This document shows, piece after piece, positions 25,350-37,968 of a DNA stretch of 64,000 nucleotides. Each line of letters starts with the position of its first letter. Positions within the stretch are counted from its first letter, which is position 1. Location of the stretch: positions 3,224,001-3,288,000 of the forward strand of contig JAWMAR010000193.1 of assembly GCA_036785375.1 (NCBI GenBank). Reading direction: 5' to 3'. Both the position numbers and the translations under genes were made by a program. The notes below the pieces were generated by a model. That model was not told the DNA's origin. It searched no databases and was given only the letters and a program-made list of their open reading frames with translations. The DNA comes from Leucoraja ocellata. Lineage: Eukaryota.

Positions 25350-26077
25350 GGTGTGTATGAAAGAACTGCAAATGCTGGTTTAAATTGAAGGTAGATACAA
25401 AATGCTGGATAACTCAGCGGGACAGGCAGCATCTCTGGAGAGAAGGAATGGGTGACATTTCAGGTCGAGACCCTGCAGTTGTACAGACCACACCTGGAGT
25501 ATTGCGTACAGTTTTGGTCGCCTAATTTGAGGAAAGACGTTCTTGCCATAGAGGGAGTACAGAGAATGTTCACCAGACTGATTCCTAGGATAGCAGGACT
25601 TTCATATGAAGAAAGACTGAATAGACTCGGCTTGTACATGCTAGAATTTAGAAGATTGAGGGGGGATCTTATAGAAACATACAAAATTCTTAAGGGGTTG
25701 GACAGGCTAGATGCAGGAAGATTATTCCCGATGTTGGGGAAGTCCAGAACTAGGGGTCACAGTTTAAGGATAAGAGGGAAGTCTTTTAGGACCGAGATGA
25801 GAAAATCATTTTTTACACAGAGAGTGGTGAATCTGTGGAATTCTCTGCCACAGAAGGTAGTTGAGGCCAGTTCATTAGCTATATTAAAGATGGAGTTAGA
25901 TGTTGCCCTTGTGGCTAAAGGGATCAGGGGGTATGGAGAGAAGGCAGGGATGGGATACTGAGTTGGATGATCAGCCATGATCATATCGAATGGCGGTGCA
26001 GGCTCGAAGGGCCGAATGGCCTATTCCTGCACCTATTTTCTATGTTTCTATGTTTCTATGTTTCAGACTGTCAACCT
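25350..26077 (-). mobile_element. Penelope-like terminal repeat with 12-bp TSD, split by a CR1
   Basis: atagagcagaac at 25338-25349 and 26078-26089; motif halves gagaccct and ttcagactg. Confidence 0.8.
25474..26061 (+). mobile_element. Young CR1 3' end with (ttctatgt)n tail
   Basis: ORF RPHLEYCVQFWSPNLRKD...FFTQRVVNLWNSLP. Confidence 0.9.
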
Positions 26078-28189
26078 ATAGAGCAGAACAGCACAGGAAT
26101 GGGCCCATTGGCCCACAATGTTTCTGCTGAACATGACGCCAAGATAAACTGATCTCATCTGCCTGTACGTGATCCCTATTTCTCTATTCCTTGCACTTCC
26201 ATTTGCCTATCCAAAAGAATGGCCTATCCTAAAGGACTATGCATAGTCTGTAGCTCGTGGTATGTTGGCTTTAGAAGAACAATGTTATTTAATTCTCAAA
26301 CAAAAAGACAAAACCCTATCTTAATATGACATCCTTACAGCCCATTCTTGCCTATTGGAAATCATTCACCCTTACCCTCTCTATAAAACAATTGAAAATG
26401 AAACTAGACTGAAGGCATAAAATGCTATTGTTTGGGAAGGGAGTGTTGCAGAGGGGTTAAAGGGAAGAGAACATGAGAATGTTATGATCTGATACAATTT
26501 TCTCACCCCTGAACTCCCATGTGTTATAAAATTGTTGCATTTGCTCCAAAGTAAACCAACAGTATATGAATAAAATATCTGCGGCAAATATTTCCACCGA
26601 GTTCTGTGGTAACAACGCAAAAATCTGCAAATATGTTTTCTTTCTCAAAGCAAATAATTAAGAATGGAGAGTCCTGCATTCTTTCTTTATGTGTCATAAG
26701 CTGTGGAAGCAGAATTTTTACAGCTGTGATGCCAAACCAAAACTGATTTCATGTTTCTCATGTTGACTAAGCAGATGTGCAGTTTCTTTTATAAATTTTA
26801 CTTACCTTTCCCTGACACTCTGTTGCTCAGTTTACGAATAATTCTCAGGAGTTGTGACTGATGAAATAAAATATGATTTTTGGCAAAGCTAAGGGCCAAG
26901 TCTAGGAAACATAGCCTGATTTGTCATGAAGTCTTAATTTTCCCAATAGAATTACATCACCAAATGGGATTGGTGAGTGGTGGGAAAACAAAACACATTT
27001 CTCCAGTTTTTGGAATATTTTGAGTAAGGGAAATCTTAGAGACCAGAAATTCATTTGGTTTGCTCAAGTGTACTGGAGAAGGAAGTTATATTTCCGGTAA
27101 GTGATGTGATATGTAGTACTTCAAACATTGTCATCATCAGCTGGCGAATAGTCACCATTTTGCAATGTTTATTCAGAAAGCTTCGAGCCATTGAATGAAC
27201 GTTTAATGTGATCAAAAATTTATATTATATTCTTAAAGAGAAAAACTGATCCTGAAGTGGTGATGCCCACTTTATTTATACTGTGACTCCATGAAATATG
27301 ATACCTGACATGGAGAAGGCTTATTGAAAATATATTGTCCAAAGCAAAGAGGGGTTACTGACTCATTAGGGACAATGTCAATTTGGTCTAAATATTTTGT
27401 CCTGTTTCTGTCCCTTTGATGTAAACCATTTTCCAGCCCAAAGGGCAATCTGGCAGCATCTTCCCTAAACTTTACCAGTGTTGCTAGGAGACACACTAGA
27501 CGGTGGCTTAACTTGATGAGCTGTTGACCGACTGTCCTCCGATCCACTGTCTTATATCCCCCGGGGAAGTGCCTTCTGCACTGAGGCAGTGATGGTTTGA
27601 TACTCGAGATCCATTTCTCTCTCTTTTAATGTCCTCAATTTAATGTCTCATGAACGAACTGACCCCTCATTAGTGGACTTCTCCCAACCCTACAGCCGCC
27701 TATCAATGTTAGTTAGAGCTAAATTCTCAATGCCTTGGTCCAAAGACAGCAGTGCTACTAATTGAGCCAAACATCTGTTTAAATTTTTCTTGGATTATCC
27801 ACCCATTCATGTAACCCTTTGCAACACACTATTTAAAACTGTTGCTGTTTGCAATAGCAGCTCACTTGTTTTTACATTTACTTTTGATAGATTTTTTTCC
27901 AAAAATCATTACAACCGAGCTAAAGAAATTCTGGACAGCATTTCACCGCACCTGAGAGGTATCCGTGCTGTAGATTTTGAGATGATTGCCACAACAAATC
28001 TAGGTTCCTTGCGCTGCCTCATGCCGTTGCAAATTTCACAGAACTATAAGCATGCCGGATAGATTGAGAAAAGAAACCGATTTTAAAGTATGATTGCGTT
28101 TGTTGGCTGAGAGAAAAAAATAGATATTTGGATCGAATAGCAAAGTGGACAAGACAGAATTTTAACCATCAACAGCTCAACGGGTCATT

Positions 28190-28475
28190 CAATAGACAAT
28201 AGACAATAGGTGCAGGAGTAGGCCATTCGACCCTCCGGTCCAGCACCGCCATTCAATGTGATCATGGCTGATCATCCCTAATCAGTACCCTGTTCCTGCC
28301 TTCACCCCATATCCCCCGATTTCACTGTCTTTAGGAGCCCTATCTAGCTCTCTCTTGAAAGTGTCCAGAGAAACGGCCTCCACCGCCCTCTGAGGCAGAG
28401 AATTCCACAGACTCACAACTCTCTGTGAGAAAAGGTGTTTCCTCGTCTCCGTTCTAAATGGCTTACCCCTTATTC
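28190..28475 (-). mobile_element. CR1 3' end with (tctattg)n tail
   Basis: caatagacaatagacaataggtgcaggagtaggccattcg. Confidence 0.85.
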
Positions 28476-29258
28476 AGCTTACTCCTGCTCCTACAACGTA
28501 CTGTAACGAGGTTGTGGTAGAGTTTAATAACCATAAATGTGTACCTTCTGATACCAGTGTTTTGATGCCAGTAAGGGATGTTATTAAATGCCCACAATTC
28601 TATCTGAAACTGTGTTCATTTATCCAGACGATCCGGACCAGTAATTTAGACCTGAGATAAGCAATGAGGAAAACGTACTTTAAAAATAACTTTAAATATT
28701 TTACCTACATTTTTTATTGACACCTTCGCCCCGCCATTTTGAACAGGCAGAATACTGGTGCTAAAAATGTCACATTTAACCTTAAAACATTTTCATTGGT
28801 TGTTCAAGAGTGCCAGCTGTCTCTCTTTTGCATTCTGTACTGACTATTTCTCCAACATTTATGACTAAAATTCCATTCATCAGATTTACATATACAACAT
28901 TAAAAAAAAAAACAGCCACTGCCAGGGACCTACATAGTAGTAGAAATAGAGCAGCTTTATTCAATTTGCCGTGAGCAGATTTTATCAACAAATCTTGGAA
29001 CATAATCTGGATAACATTCTGGGAGAATCTGGAATCGTACAGCTTCTTTGCTAGAGTCATGGTTTTTGATTCCCTAATGGTCACTACCTAACCAGAGGAA
29101 CTTGTTTTTTTGCTGGTTTGTGCAGCTTTTCGTATCCATAGCCCAAGTGAGATTAAGCGTGCAAAACCAAGATTCAACGATTTAATTCAAATTAATGATT
29201 CAATGATACTTTATTGTCGCATGTACCTAAGTGCAGTGAAATGCTTTGTTTTGCAAAA

Positions 29259-29968
29259 CATGGGGGAGGACAAAATGAGACCTAACATCTAGGACAGGAG
29301 TCGGCAACCTACGGCCCACGGGCCGGATCCACCCCGTAACCCAAAATCATCCGGCCCGCAGGCATATTTTTTTTCAATTTGTTTTCGCAACCTGGGAACT
29401 GCAGCCAGTCCCGGGGCATGCATGCGACCTGGGAATTGCAGCCAGACCTGGGCGCTACAGCCAGACCAGGCAGCCGAACTGGGCGCTACAACCAGTCCCG
29501 GGGCAGGCGAGTCGACCTGGGTGTGCAGGCGACCTGGGAACACCAGGTCCTATGGCCCACTGTGTTTGTGCCAACCAGCAATCACCCCGTACACCATCCG
29601 CCACACTAGGGACAAGTTACAATTTACCAAAGCACTTAATCTACAAACCTGCACATCTTTGTAGTGTGGGGCAGGCGGGTCGACCTGGGCGCTACAGCCA
29701 GTCCCGGGGCATGCGGGTCGACCTGGGCGCTAAGGCCAGTCCCGGGGCAGGCGGGTCGACCTGGGCACTACAGCCAGTCCTGGGGCATGTAGGTGACCTG
29801 GGCACTAGTGCCAGACCTGGGGAAAGTGAGCCGACCTGGGACTGGCTGTAGCGCCCAGGTCACAAAATATGGGGGGGGGGGGGGGGGGGGGATTTTCCCC
29901 ACCTCTCAAAATATGGGGGGGGGGGGGACTGGCCCCACGTCCCCCACCCCCCAAGATTTCCGCCCATG
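29259..29968. mobile_element. Composite DNA-transposon relic inserted in a Rex1-type tail
   Basis: Charlie/MER58-like terminus caggagtcggcaacctacggcccacgggcc at 29295, after an atctagga target; right end gatttccgcccatg. Confidence 0.55.
29385..29860. repeat. 38-bp GC-rich minisatellite, interrupted by a SINE fragment (29533-29670), last unit inverted
   Basis: cgacctgggcgctacagccagtcccggggca(g/t)gcgggt units at 29681, 29719 and 29757. Confidence 0.85.
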
Positions 29969-30236
29969 TGTACAACCCAGTAGATTCTTACAGCAGACTT
30001 CACTTAGGCAGTACGCAAGTGTTGCCATGTTTTAGCACTGACAAAGTTACGAAAGTTCACTGAACAGTCCTATCTACTGCCGGCCACTGCACTTGGCTGC
30101 AGGCCTTCCTCCCCCCCTTGTTGCCCCCCTCTGTCCCCCCTCTGGTCCTGCCAGTTGTTGCTGCCCCCCCCCCGCATTTGTGTCTCGCTTCATTCTCGGC
30201 GCCTCCCCCCTTCCCCCACCAGGTCTCCCATCGTTA

Positions 30237-31370
30237 TCTATACATAACTAAAACTGATCTTGTTATCTTCCGGTTTGGTGGTCTTTCCATTTGCGCAAAA
30301 ACGGTTTGCGATAGCGTTACAGTTTTTCACCAGTTTACTCACCGTTCTTCTGTGCTGCGCATGTACCAAGTTTCGTTCCGATCGGTTGAATGGTAAAAGT
30401 AAAAAACGTGTGTGCGTGGATCGATCTCTTCTCCTGCCAGTCAGTGGCGCGCAGAGTAGTCTTTTCCCCTGTCACTCCCCGGGACCGTCCGCCCCTTCCT
30501 GCACCATCGCGTCTTTACTGGAGCTGAGGATGACCGGCGGAGGTTTCCAACCGGACTTTCGGAGGGACCCGAAGCTGCCCAGCCCAGCCGAGCTCAGACC
30601 TGCCCCGCCCTGCCCTGCCCCGCCCTGCCCCGCCCCGCCCCGCCCTGCCCCGCCTCGCCCCGCCCCAAGCAGCCCCGCCCCAAGCAGCCCAGCCCCAAGC
30701 AGCCCAGCCCCAAGCAGCCCAGCCCCAAGCAGCCCAGCCCCAGCTTCAGAGATCCAACCAAGCCCAGCGTGGGAGACACAGCCCAGAGTCGGAGACCCAG
30801 CCCAGACCAGAGTCGGAGACCCAGCCTAGCCCAGAGTCGGAGACCCAGCCCAGCCCAGACCAGCCCAGAGTCGGAGACCCAGCCCAGCCCAGCCCAGCCC
30901 AGCCCAGCCCAGTCGGAAATGTTGCCAAACGGAAAGTGAAGCCTCTGTTCCCAGCAGAGGAGAATGCCCAGCTACCAGCACTCACTGTGAGTTCCCATTG
31001 CGCCGCCATTTCCAGCCACTACCCCTCTGGTCCCCCTCGCTGGATTCTCCCTCCTCCCACGTGATTCCTCCCTCTCCCCTATAGATCTTCCCCCATCTTT
31101 TCTCCAAGCTCACTCCCCCCTGCCCACACACCCCGCCGCTCACACCCCCCCGCCCACAGACACCCCCGGCCCCACACCCCTGCTCCCTCAACCCACCCGC
31201 CCCCACACCCCCCGCCCCTACAACCCCACCTCCCCTACAATCCCCTACCCCCACAACCCCCCCTCCCATCAACCTCCCAGCTCCCACAACCCACCCACCC
31301 CCCCCCCCCCCCGCGTTGGGAGACAAGACCTCCCGTGTGACTGGGACTCAACAGATCCCATTTAGTCTAG
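30237..31370 (+). mobile_element. Non-autonomous Helitron
   Basis: A|TCTATACATAACTAAAA start; subterminal hairpin tgggactcaacagatccca at 31342-31360; CTAG|T end; no TSD; internal tandem repeats. Confidence 0.75.
30575..30915. repeat. (cccag)n and (ccccg)n microsatellites plus 15-bp and about 25-bp minisatellites inside the Helitron
   Basis: gccccaagcagccca and cccagagtcggagacccagc repeats. Confidence 0.9.
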
Positions 31371-31596
31371 TATTAGATAGAATTACATTGGCTTGAATCT
31401 ATGCCAAGGAAACAGGATATGTTGGGATGTTCCTAACGGGGGTCTGTTGTCTATCGTATGCAATCCCTCCCTGTTCAAGCTCATCTGCACAACATCTTTA
31501 AGTTTGATCTTGCTAATGGAATCAGTGCTGGAACAAAACCTTAGAATATTAATGGGACTTCCATCAAGTGATGGGTGCAGCCAGAAACAGATAAAA

Positions 31597-31785
31597 CCAT
31601 AGAAACATAGAAAATAGGTGCAGGAGTAGGTCATTCGGCCCTTCGAGCCTGCACCGGCATTCAATATGATCATGGCTAATCATCCAACTCAGTATCCTGT
31701 ACCTGCCTTCTCTCCATACCCCCTGATCCCTTTAGGCACAAGGGCCACATCTAACTCCCCCTTAAATATAGCCAATGAACTGGAC
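31597..31785 (-). mobile_element. CR1 3' end
   Basis: catagaaacatagaaaataggtgcaggagtagg. Confidence 0.85.
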
Positions 31786-31984
31786 AACGATGGAGGACAA
31801 GAACCGTTAACAGGCCTCCAAAAATCATCCCTGCCACTGCTGTCAAGGTGCTTACTTTAGTGTTTCTTAATATCCCTGGCATTCAAAAATAATCAAAAAA
31901 CAATACATTGATTAAAAAATCAAAAGGATTCACAAACAACCATCGTTAGAGCAAACACAAATAGTTTGATGAAAACATTACAAA

Positions 31985-32284
31985 TTTAGACTTTTGGGAT
32001 ATAGCGCGGAAACAGGTCCTTCAACTCACCAGGTCCGCGCCGACCAGTGATCATCCTGCACTAACCTACACACAGGGGACAATTTACAATTTTACCAAAG
32101 CCTAATTAAGCTACAAACCTGTACATCTTTGGAGTTTGGAAGGAAACTGTATCTCCCCAAGAAAACCCATGCAGTCGCAGGAAGAACATACAAACTTCAT
32201 ACAGACAGCACCCCTAGTCAGGATCGAACCCAGGTCTCTGGTGCTGTAAGGTAGCAACTCTACCGCTGCGCCACGGTGTCGCCC
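31985..32284 (-). mobile_element. HE1/V-SINE-type SINE
   Basis: Head-core-tail on the minus strand. Confidence 0.85.
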
Positions 32285-32644
32285 ATATTGAGACAAGTTA
32301 TTCACCTGTCTTCTCTGCAGTCCGACAATGCCCACAGATATGTACGGATACTCATTTGTCCAAGGTCTTTGCAGACAAAGAGGGAGCAGAATCGTGCAAT
32401 GGACTGTAGTGTCAGAAACACCTTGGCAGCCAAGGGAAGGGTGGACCTCCATGGTTCGAGAAAGTTTTCCAGGTATAATTGCTGGTTTTTACCATCAAAG
32501 CAAGGCAATAGGTTTGGACTTGATAAACAGCAGTTCACGCGTATTTAAAAAATGGATTATATTGTATCTTGTATTAGATATTTTATCTAGCTAGTTACAC
32601 TGTTTGATTTTCTCAATACTGAAAACAACATAATAGGCATGGTG

Positions 32645-33200
32645 ACACAACAATCTTCAGATCATGGTGTCTTGAGCAAAACACAAAGTGCTGGAGGATC
32701 TCAACGGGTCCGACAGCATCTACAGTATGTAGGGCATGGACAGGCAATGTTTCGGGTTTGGCCCATTCTTCAGACTGATAAAGGTAAGGGGGAGAAAGCT
32801 GGAAAAAAGAGGTTGGAGTGATAGGTGGATGAACATTAGAGGGTACATTAAGTGCCAAAGGCAGGAGATGAAAAGAAGACAAAAGGGTGTCAGATATGGA
32901 TAGAAAGCCTCCAGTTTTCCAATTGACTATTCCTCTTCTCTCTTGATTTGACACCCGTTTGGCCCCCTTTTCACCTCTATCCTTTGCCCTTTACTCCTCC
33001 CATCTGGTAATCAAACCTCTCTCACCTATATCCATCTATCACTTGCAGGTCATTGTCCTGCCATTGCCCCTCTTTTTCAGCTTTCTCCCCACCATTCCTA
33101 TCAGTTTGAAGAAGGTGGTCTGACCCAAACTATCATCAGCCAATTCCCTCAACATACACAGACTGGCAAGCTGAGTTCCTCCAGCTCTTTGTATTTTTAT
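32645..33200. mobile_element. Long fold-back Penelope-like element, two inverted arms of about 270 bp
   Basis: ttcttcagactgata...ggggagaaagctggaaaaaagagg versus cctctttttcagctttctcccc...tatcagtttgaagaa. Confidence 0.75.
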
Positions 33201-33586
33201 CATAAGTATTGAGAATATTGAGAATATAAGTATAGAGCACTTAAATGTTAACATTTTCTAAATTTCAAGTAAGTTTCACTTACTAAATAAATGTAGTCAT
33301 GATTCTAATGTTCATACAACCATATATTTTGAAAGTCTTCATGAATGCTTATAGTTCATTACAGAAATGTGTTTTCCATTACACAGAGAAGCAATGATTT
33401 TGCTTACACTGAGGAGAGAAAAGAGGTCACACCTATATATGAATAAAAATTGCTGCATATTGTCTTGCCATACAAATATAATTGCTGGTACATTTGCTGT
33501 ATTTTACAATATTTTTTCTTGGATGGTGCATATTTATTTCATGTTTAATTTGCACAAATATGAAATTGATGTAGACTACTATCATA

Positions 33587-33720
33587 ATAGACAATAGACA
33601 ATAGGTGCAGGAATAGGCCATTCGGCCCTTCGAGCCAGCACCGCCATTCAATGTGATCATGGCTGATCATCTCGAATCAGTACCCCGTTCCTGCCTTCTC
33701 CCTATTTCCCTTGTATCCCC
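33587..33720 (-). mobile_element. CR1 3' end with (tctattg)n tail
   Basis: Same tail as the copy at 28190. Confidence 0.8.
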
Positions 33721-33765
33721 GTATCCTATATATTCTTGGCTAGCTTACCTTTGTACCTTACCTGA

Positions 33766-33990
33766 CACACTATCTGACACACACTAAGGAGAATTTACAC
33801 TTATACCAAGCCAATGAACCTACAAACCTGTACGTTTTTGGAGTTTAGGAGGATGCTGAAGATCTCAGATGAAACCCACGTGGTCACGGAGAGAACATAC
33901 AAACTCGGTGAATGTGACAGCACCAACCCGGGTCTCCGGCGCTGTAAGCATTGTAAGGCAGCAACTCTATCTCTGCGCCCCCGTGCCGCC
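33766..33990 (-). mobile_element. HE1/V-SINE-type SINE lacking its tail
   Basis: Core and head on the minus strand. Confidence 0.8.
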
Positions 33991-34107
33991 AAAATTATTA
34001 TTTATATCTCTATACTATATCTATGTGTTTTCATTTGTTTTAAAGTCTTGTTAAGCTGTGACAACACTTCATGGCCCCATATTACAGTATAAACAATATA
34101 TCTAACT

Positions 34108-34669
34108 GGGCGACACAGTGGTGTAGTGGTAGAGTTGCTGCCGTACAGTGCCAGAGACCCAGGTTCCACCCTGACTACGGGTGCTGTCTGTATGATGTTT
34201 GTACACTCTCTCCTTAACCTGTGTAGGCTTTCTCCAGGTACTCCGGTTTCCCCCCACACTCCAAAATCATACAGGTTTGTAGGGTAATGGGCTTGGTAAA
34301 ATTGTAAATGTCCCTAGTGTGTGTGGGATAGTGTTAAGGGCCTGTGCCACTTGGGCGTCATTTGCGTGTCACGCAGATGGTGCACAAAGATTTTGTACAT
34401 CCCAAAATCCTGGGGCGCCGCACGCGACCGCGTGTCACTACCTACATCACCACGCATCATGTGCACGTAACGCGCACCATGCGTGCATCACGTGCGCATC
34501 ACGACACGCGCGTAATGCACCGTGACGCATAAATGATGTTGCGTAAATGACGCCCAAGTGGGACAGGCCCTTTAGTATGTGGGATAGTGTTAGTGTGCGG
34601 GGATCGCTGGTCGGTGTGGATTCGGTGGGTCGAAGAGCCTGTTTCCCTGTTGTATCTCTAAACTAAACT
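34108..34669 (+). mobile_element. HE1/V-SINE-type SINE interrupted by a Harbinger MITE
   Basis: gggcgacacagtgg...gtatctctaaactaaac. Confidence 0.85.
34337..34571. mobile_element. PIF/Harbinger MITE
   Basis: TIRs agggcctgtgccacttgggcgtcattt / aaatgacgcccaagtgggacaggccct; TTA TSD on both sides. Confidence 0.85.
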
Positions 34670-36644
34670 GCACCATCAGTGTGCAGGATGTCTCATATAG
34701 ACACACATTGAAAGAGATCTGGCAGGATTCAATTTGCTCTGGCTTGCTGTGCAAAAATCTGTGACAAAAAATAGGAGATTTCAGAGGCATCAATTTTATT
34801 TATTTTTACATTTTTTTTAATAGATCAAGAGACAGCACTGCTTTAAGAAGTCATGCTTAAAAATTGGAAAGGATTTTCAAGATGGAACCAAGCTCGCTTC
34901 TTCCACGAGTCGGGGAAAACAAAACAACAAAACTAATTACAAAATGATCATTGGCTCACTAATAAGTCATCAACATGCATCCCTTGCTGGGAGCGTGAAT
35001 GCAGCTTGATAGTAGGAAAGGCAAAGTTAATGAAAATTTTCATCGAACATGCATAATCTGGGCAAAATTTGCACCTGTGCAGCTGTTAGAGATAAAATGA
35101 GCCGCACACTGCGTACCCTTGCTTGAATCTCTGCAGCAGTTCAGACAGTTGTAAATGCCTTGAGTAGAAACATTGAGTACTGTTAATGGATAGGTTTATT
35201 TTAAACCATGCCATCTGCTATCAATCACGGAGAAGTATGGGAACAAGTTGGCTGTGCTCCCTTCTGTGAAGCTGATAGAGATAGGGCTCTGACATACTGG
35301 GACGTTTAATCCCAGGAGAATAAAACATCAAACCTACTCACCAGCCTCACTAACAATAATAAAAAATGCCTTCTCCTAAAGGTGACATTGCTAATTTACG
35401 ATTATTTGTGTCTATAAAGTGTATTCTTTGGCACTTGGCTCATTCGTACTGTCTCACTGTAAGAACATTACTTCGAAGCTGCTTGCAGTAAATTGCCTTT
35501 TTCTCTCACCGCTTATGAGCATCATCAGGTGTTCAAGGAGTTAACTAATTAGCCATTGGGAGCCCGTTTTATACAGTGTATATGGCAATCTGAGATATGT
35601 GTATGCCATACTTTTCAGGAACAACGTTTATAAAGCATATTTATGAACGCTTTCTACATTGAATAAAAATGTTATTATTTTGATTCTGTTTAAATATAAC
35701 TGATGCCCACCATTTACAGTAAAGAATTTGACACTAAATCCAGTAAACAATACAGGTATATTACTAAGCAGGGACAAGGGTATTAGTAATTAAGGTATGG
35801 GTATGCACAGTTTATTGCTTCTTCTCTTCTTTCTCCCTATATAATGATCACCATTCAATCAGTTTTAACCAACTGGTCACATGAAACATAAACAGAAGCT
35901 TTCTTTGAAGGAAATGGTGGCATCATTTGGAAAAACTCGACATGTAAGAAAAAGGTTAACATTAATAAATGGTCTAAAACATGCAACATGGTGCAAGTTT
36001 TACAGAAATAATGCCTTGTCGTGTAAAGAAGCTTTAATAACCTGTAAAATATTTTCTGTGAAACTAAATATAATCATGCCTACAGAAAATCCATGTAGAA
36101 AACTGAAAGGTTCCCAAAACACCAGAAGGCAATACTTTTGTCTCGGTGGAAAGTAATTGGTTTCTACACGTAATCTTAGCATGCATTGGTGTTTTGCCTA
36201 TGCCTTGTCTATTGGTGGGAAATAGTAAACAAAAATATTTAAATTATTGATTTGTTACCGCAGTGGGTAAAGAGTCTGGGAAACAGGAAACAGCCAATTA
36301 AAATACAAAACGGAATTCAAACAGAACATTGATGGTTGGCTCAATTGGTAACATGATACCGTCATTATTGATGTGAAATTAGGAGAAGATTATATATTAT
36401 AACAGTGCATCTTTACTGCTAAGAACTAAAGCAAATATGGTTTGGTTTCATCTTTCTCTACCAGTGATGTTGAGCAGTAAATATTGACAGCGTGAAGACA
36501 AATAACAATTATGGTGTTATTATATTTTAATTTGTGTACAATTTTGCTTTGGAAGCCCTATTTTTGTTGTCTTTTTTTTGTAACTACCTAACCTAATCTC
36601 TACAAGTGTTAATTTGTCTTAATTACCACTGTCAGAAGCTTAAA

Positions 36645-36910
36645 TGTTCAAGCCTGCTCCATGATATGAAATAATATCTGGCTGATATTTCAATACAGTA
36701 CTGGGAGACATGCTGTATTGTTGAAGTGTCCAATTTCTTGATAGGATGTAAAGCTATGGCTAAAACTATCTGACCACATCCTGTCGCACTGATTTATGAA
36801 AACAGCAGACTTCTCTGCCTGTCTCCTTATTCTGATGATTATGGATACTTGCTATATGTAATTTTGTCAGTCGCAGTTCTAAACACAAGAATGAAATCTC
36901 AGTTATTCAC
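36645..36910 (+). mobile_element. Ancient Deu-domain SINE relic (SacSINE1/AmnSINE1-like)
   Basis: gctgatatttcaatacagtactgggagacatgctgtattgttgaagtg resembles the Deu core as I recall it; highly diverged. Confidence 0.45.
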
Positions 36911-36914
36911 TAAA

Positions 36915-37275
36915 TTCCATCCAAACCTGTCTTATCCATGTTCCTGTCTAACTGTTTCTTAAATGTTGGGATAGTCCCTGTCTCAACTACCTCCTCTGGC
37001 AGCTTGTTCCATACCCCCACCAACCATTGTGTGAAAAAGTTACCCCTCAGGTTCCTATTATTTTTTTCCCCTCTCACCTTAATCCTATGTCCTCAAGTTC
37101 TCAATTCCCCTATTCTGGGTAAAAGACTGTGCATCTACCCAATCTATTCCTCTCATGATTTTATCCACCTCAATAAGATCACCCCTCATTCTCCTGCCCT
37201 CCAAGGAATAGAGTCCCAGACCCTCTAGCCCTGGCAACATCCTCATAAATCTTCTCTGTACCCTTTCCAGCTTGA
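36915..37275 (-). mobile_element. CR1 3' fragment
   Basis: Minus ORF KLERVQRRFMRMLPGLEG...RGDLIEV. Confidence 0.85.
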
Positions 37276-37968
37276 GGGACAGATACAACGAAAATAATGC
37301 TTGGAGCAGCATCATGGGCACGCAGACCGAGACAACACAAAAAACATGTTGAACATAAATTATACAAGACTTATACACTGCATTAAAGAAGAACTCATAA
37401 ATGGCATACACTAGTATTCTGAAGACAGACATGAATCAACAATGATCGGCATACATTAAGCAATAGCTGGTTACATTCCTTCTACCTATCTTTACTCATC
37501 AAGTTTGAATCCCAAAGCAAGCGGAAATGTCAAAGTGCTTCCTATGGGACCAATGAATAAATTCAGAACCAAAGTAATAGTGGGTAGAAATTCAAGCAGG
37601 AAACTTGCGCATTAAAAGCGATGATAAACTTTTACACAAAATCTCCAGCTATCCCTCCACTGGCTTCTTCAAATTATAAAATCGGGGCCATCATAATGGG
37701 ATTTATGAGAGGAAAGTGATTTGATTTCAATTTATTGGACTGATTTCCTAAGTGCAAGGTACCTTTAACACAACACTGGATGGCTTCATTGTTATTCACT
37801 GTACACAACTGAGAATTGAGCTCCTCACATGGATACAAGCAGCACACATGGTAAGTTGAAACTGAAAATCCTCATATGTGAAGCAGCTCAGAAATTATGC
37901 TCATTAACTAGAGGCCACAATCTCTTGAAATTAGCAGAATTTCTCACTGATAATGCTGACTTTGGGAA

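Noticed and set aside
27891-27958. Possible exon encoding FFSKNHYNRAKEILDSISPHLR
   Set aside because: Good acceptor but weak donor (gtatcc) and no recognisable homology
29385-29860. 38-bp repeats as a CRISPR array
   Set aside because: Head-to-tail units without unique spacers, no cas genes, vertebrate context
30260-31326. Pro-rich 189-aa and Gly-rich ORFs
   Set aside because: Translations of microsatellites inside a Helitron
34108-34180. tRNA gene (also similar heads at 13891, 42854 and others)
   Set aside because: tRNA-derived SINE heads followed by core and LINE tail; not standalone tRNAs
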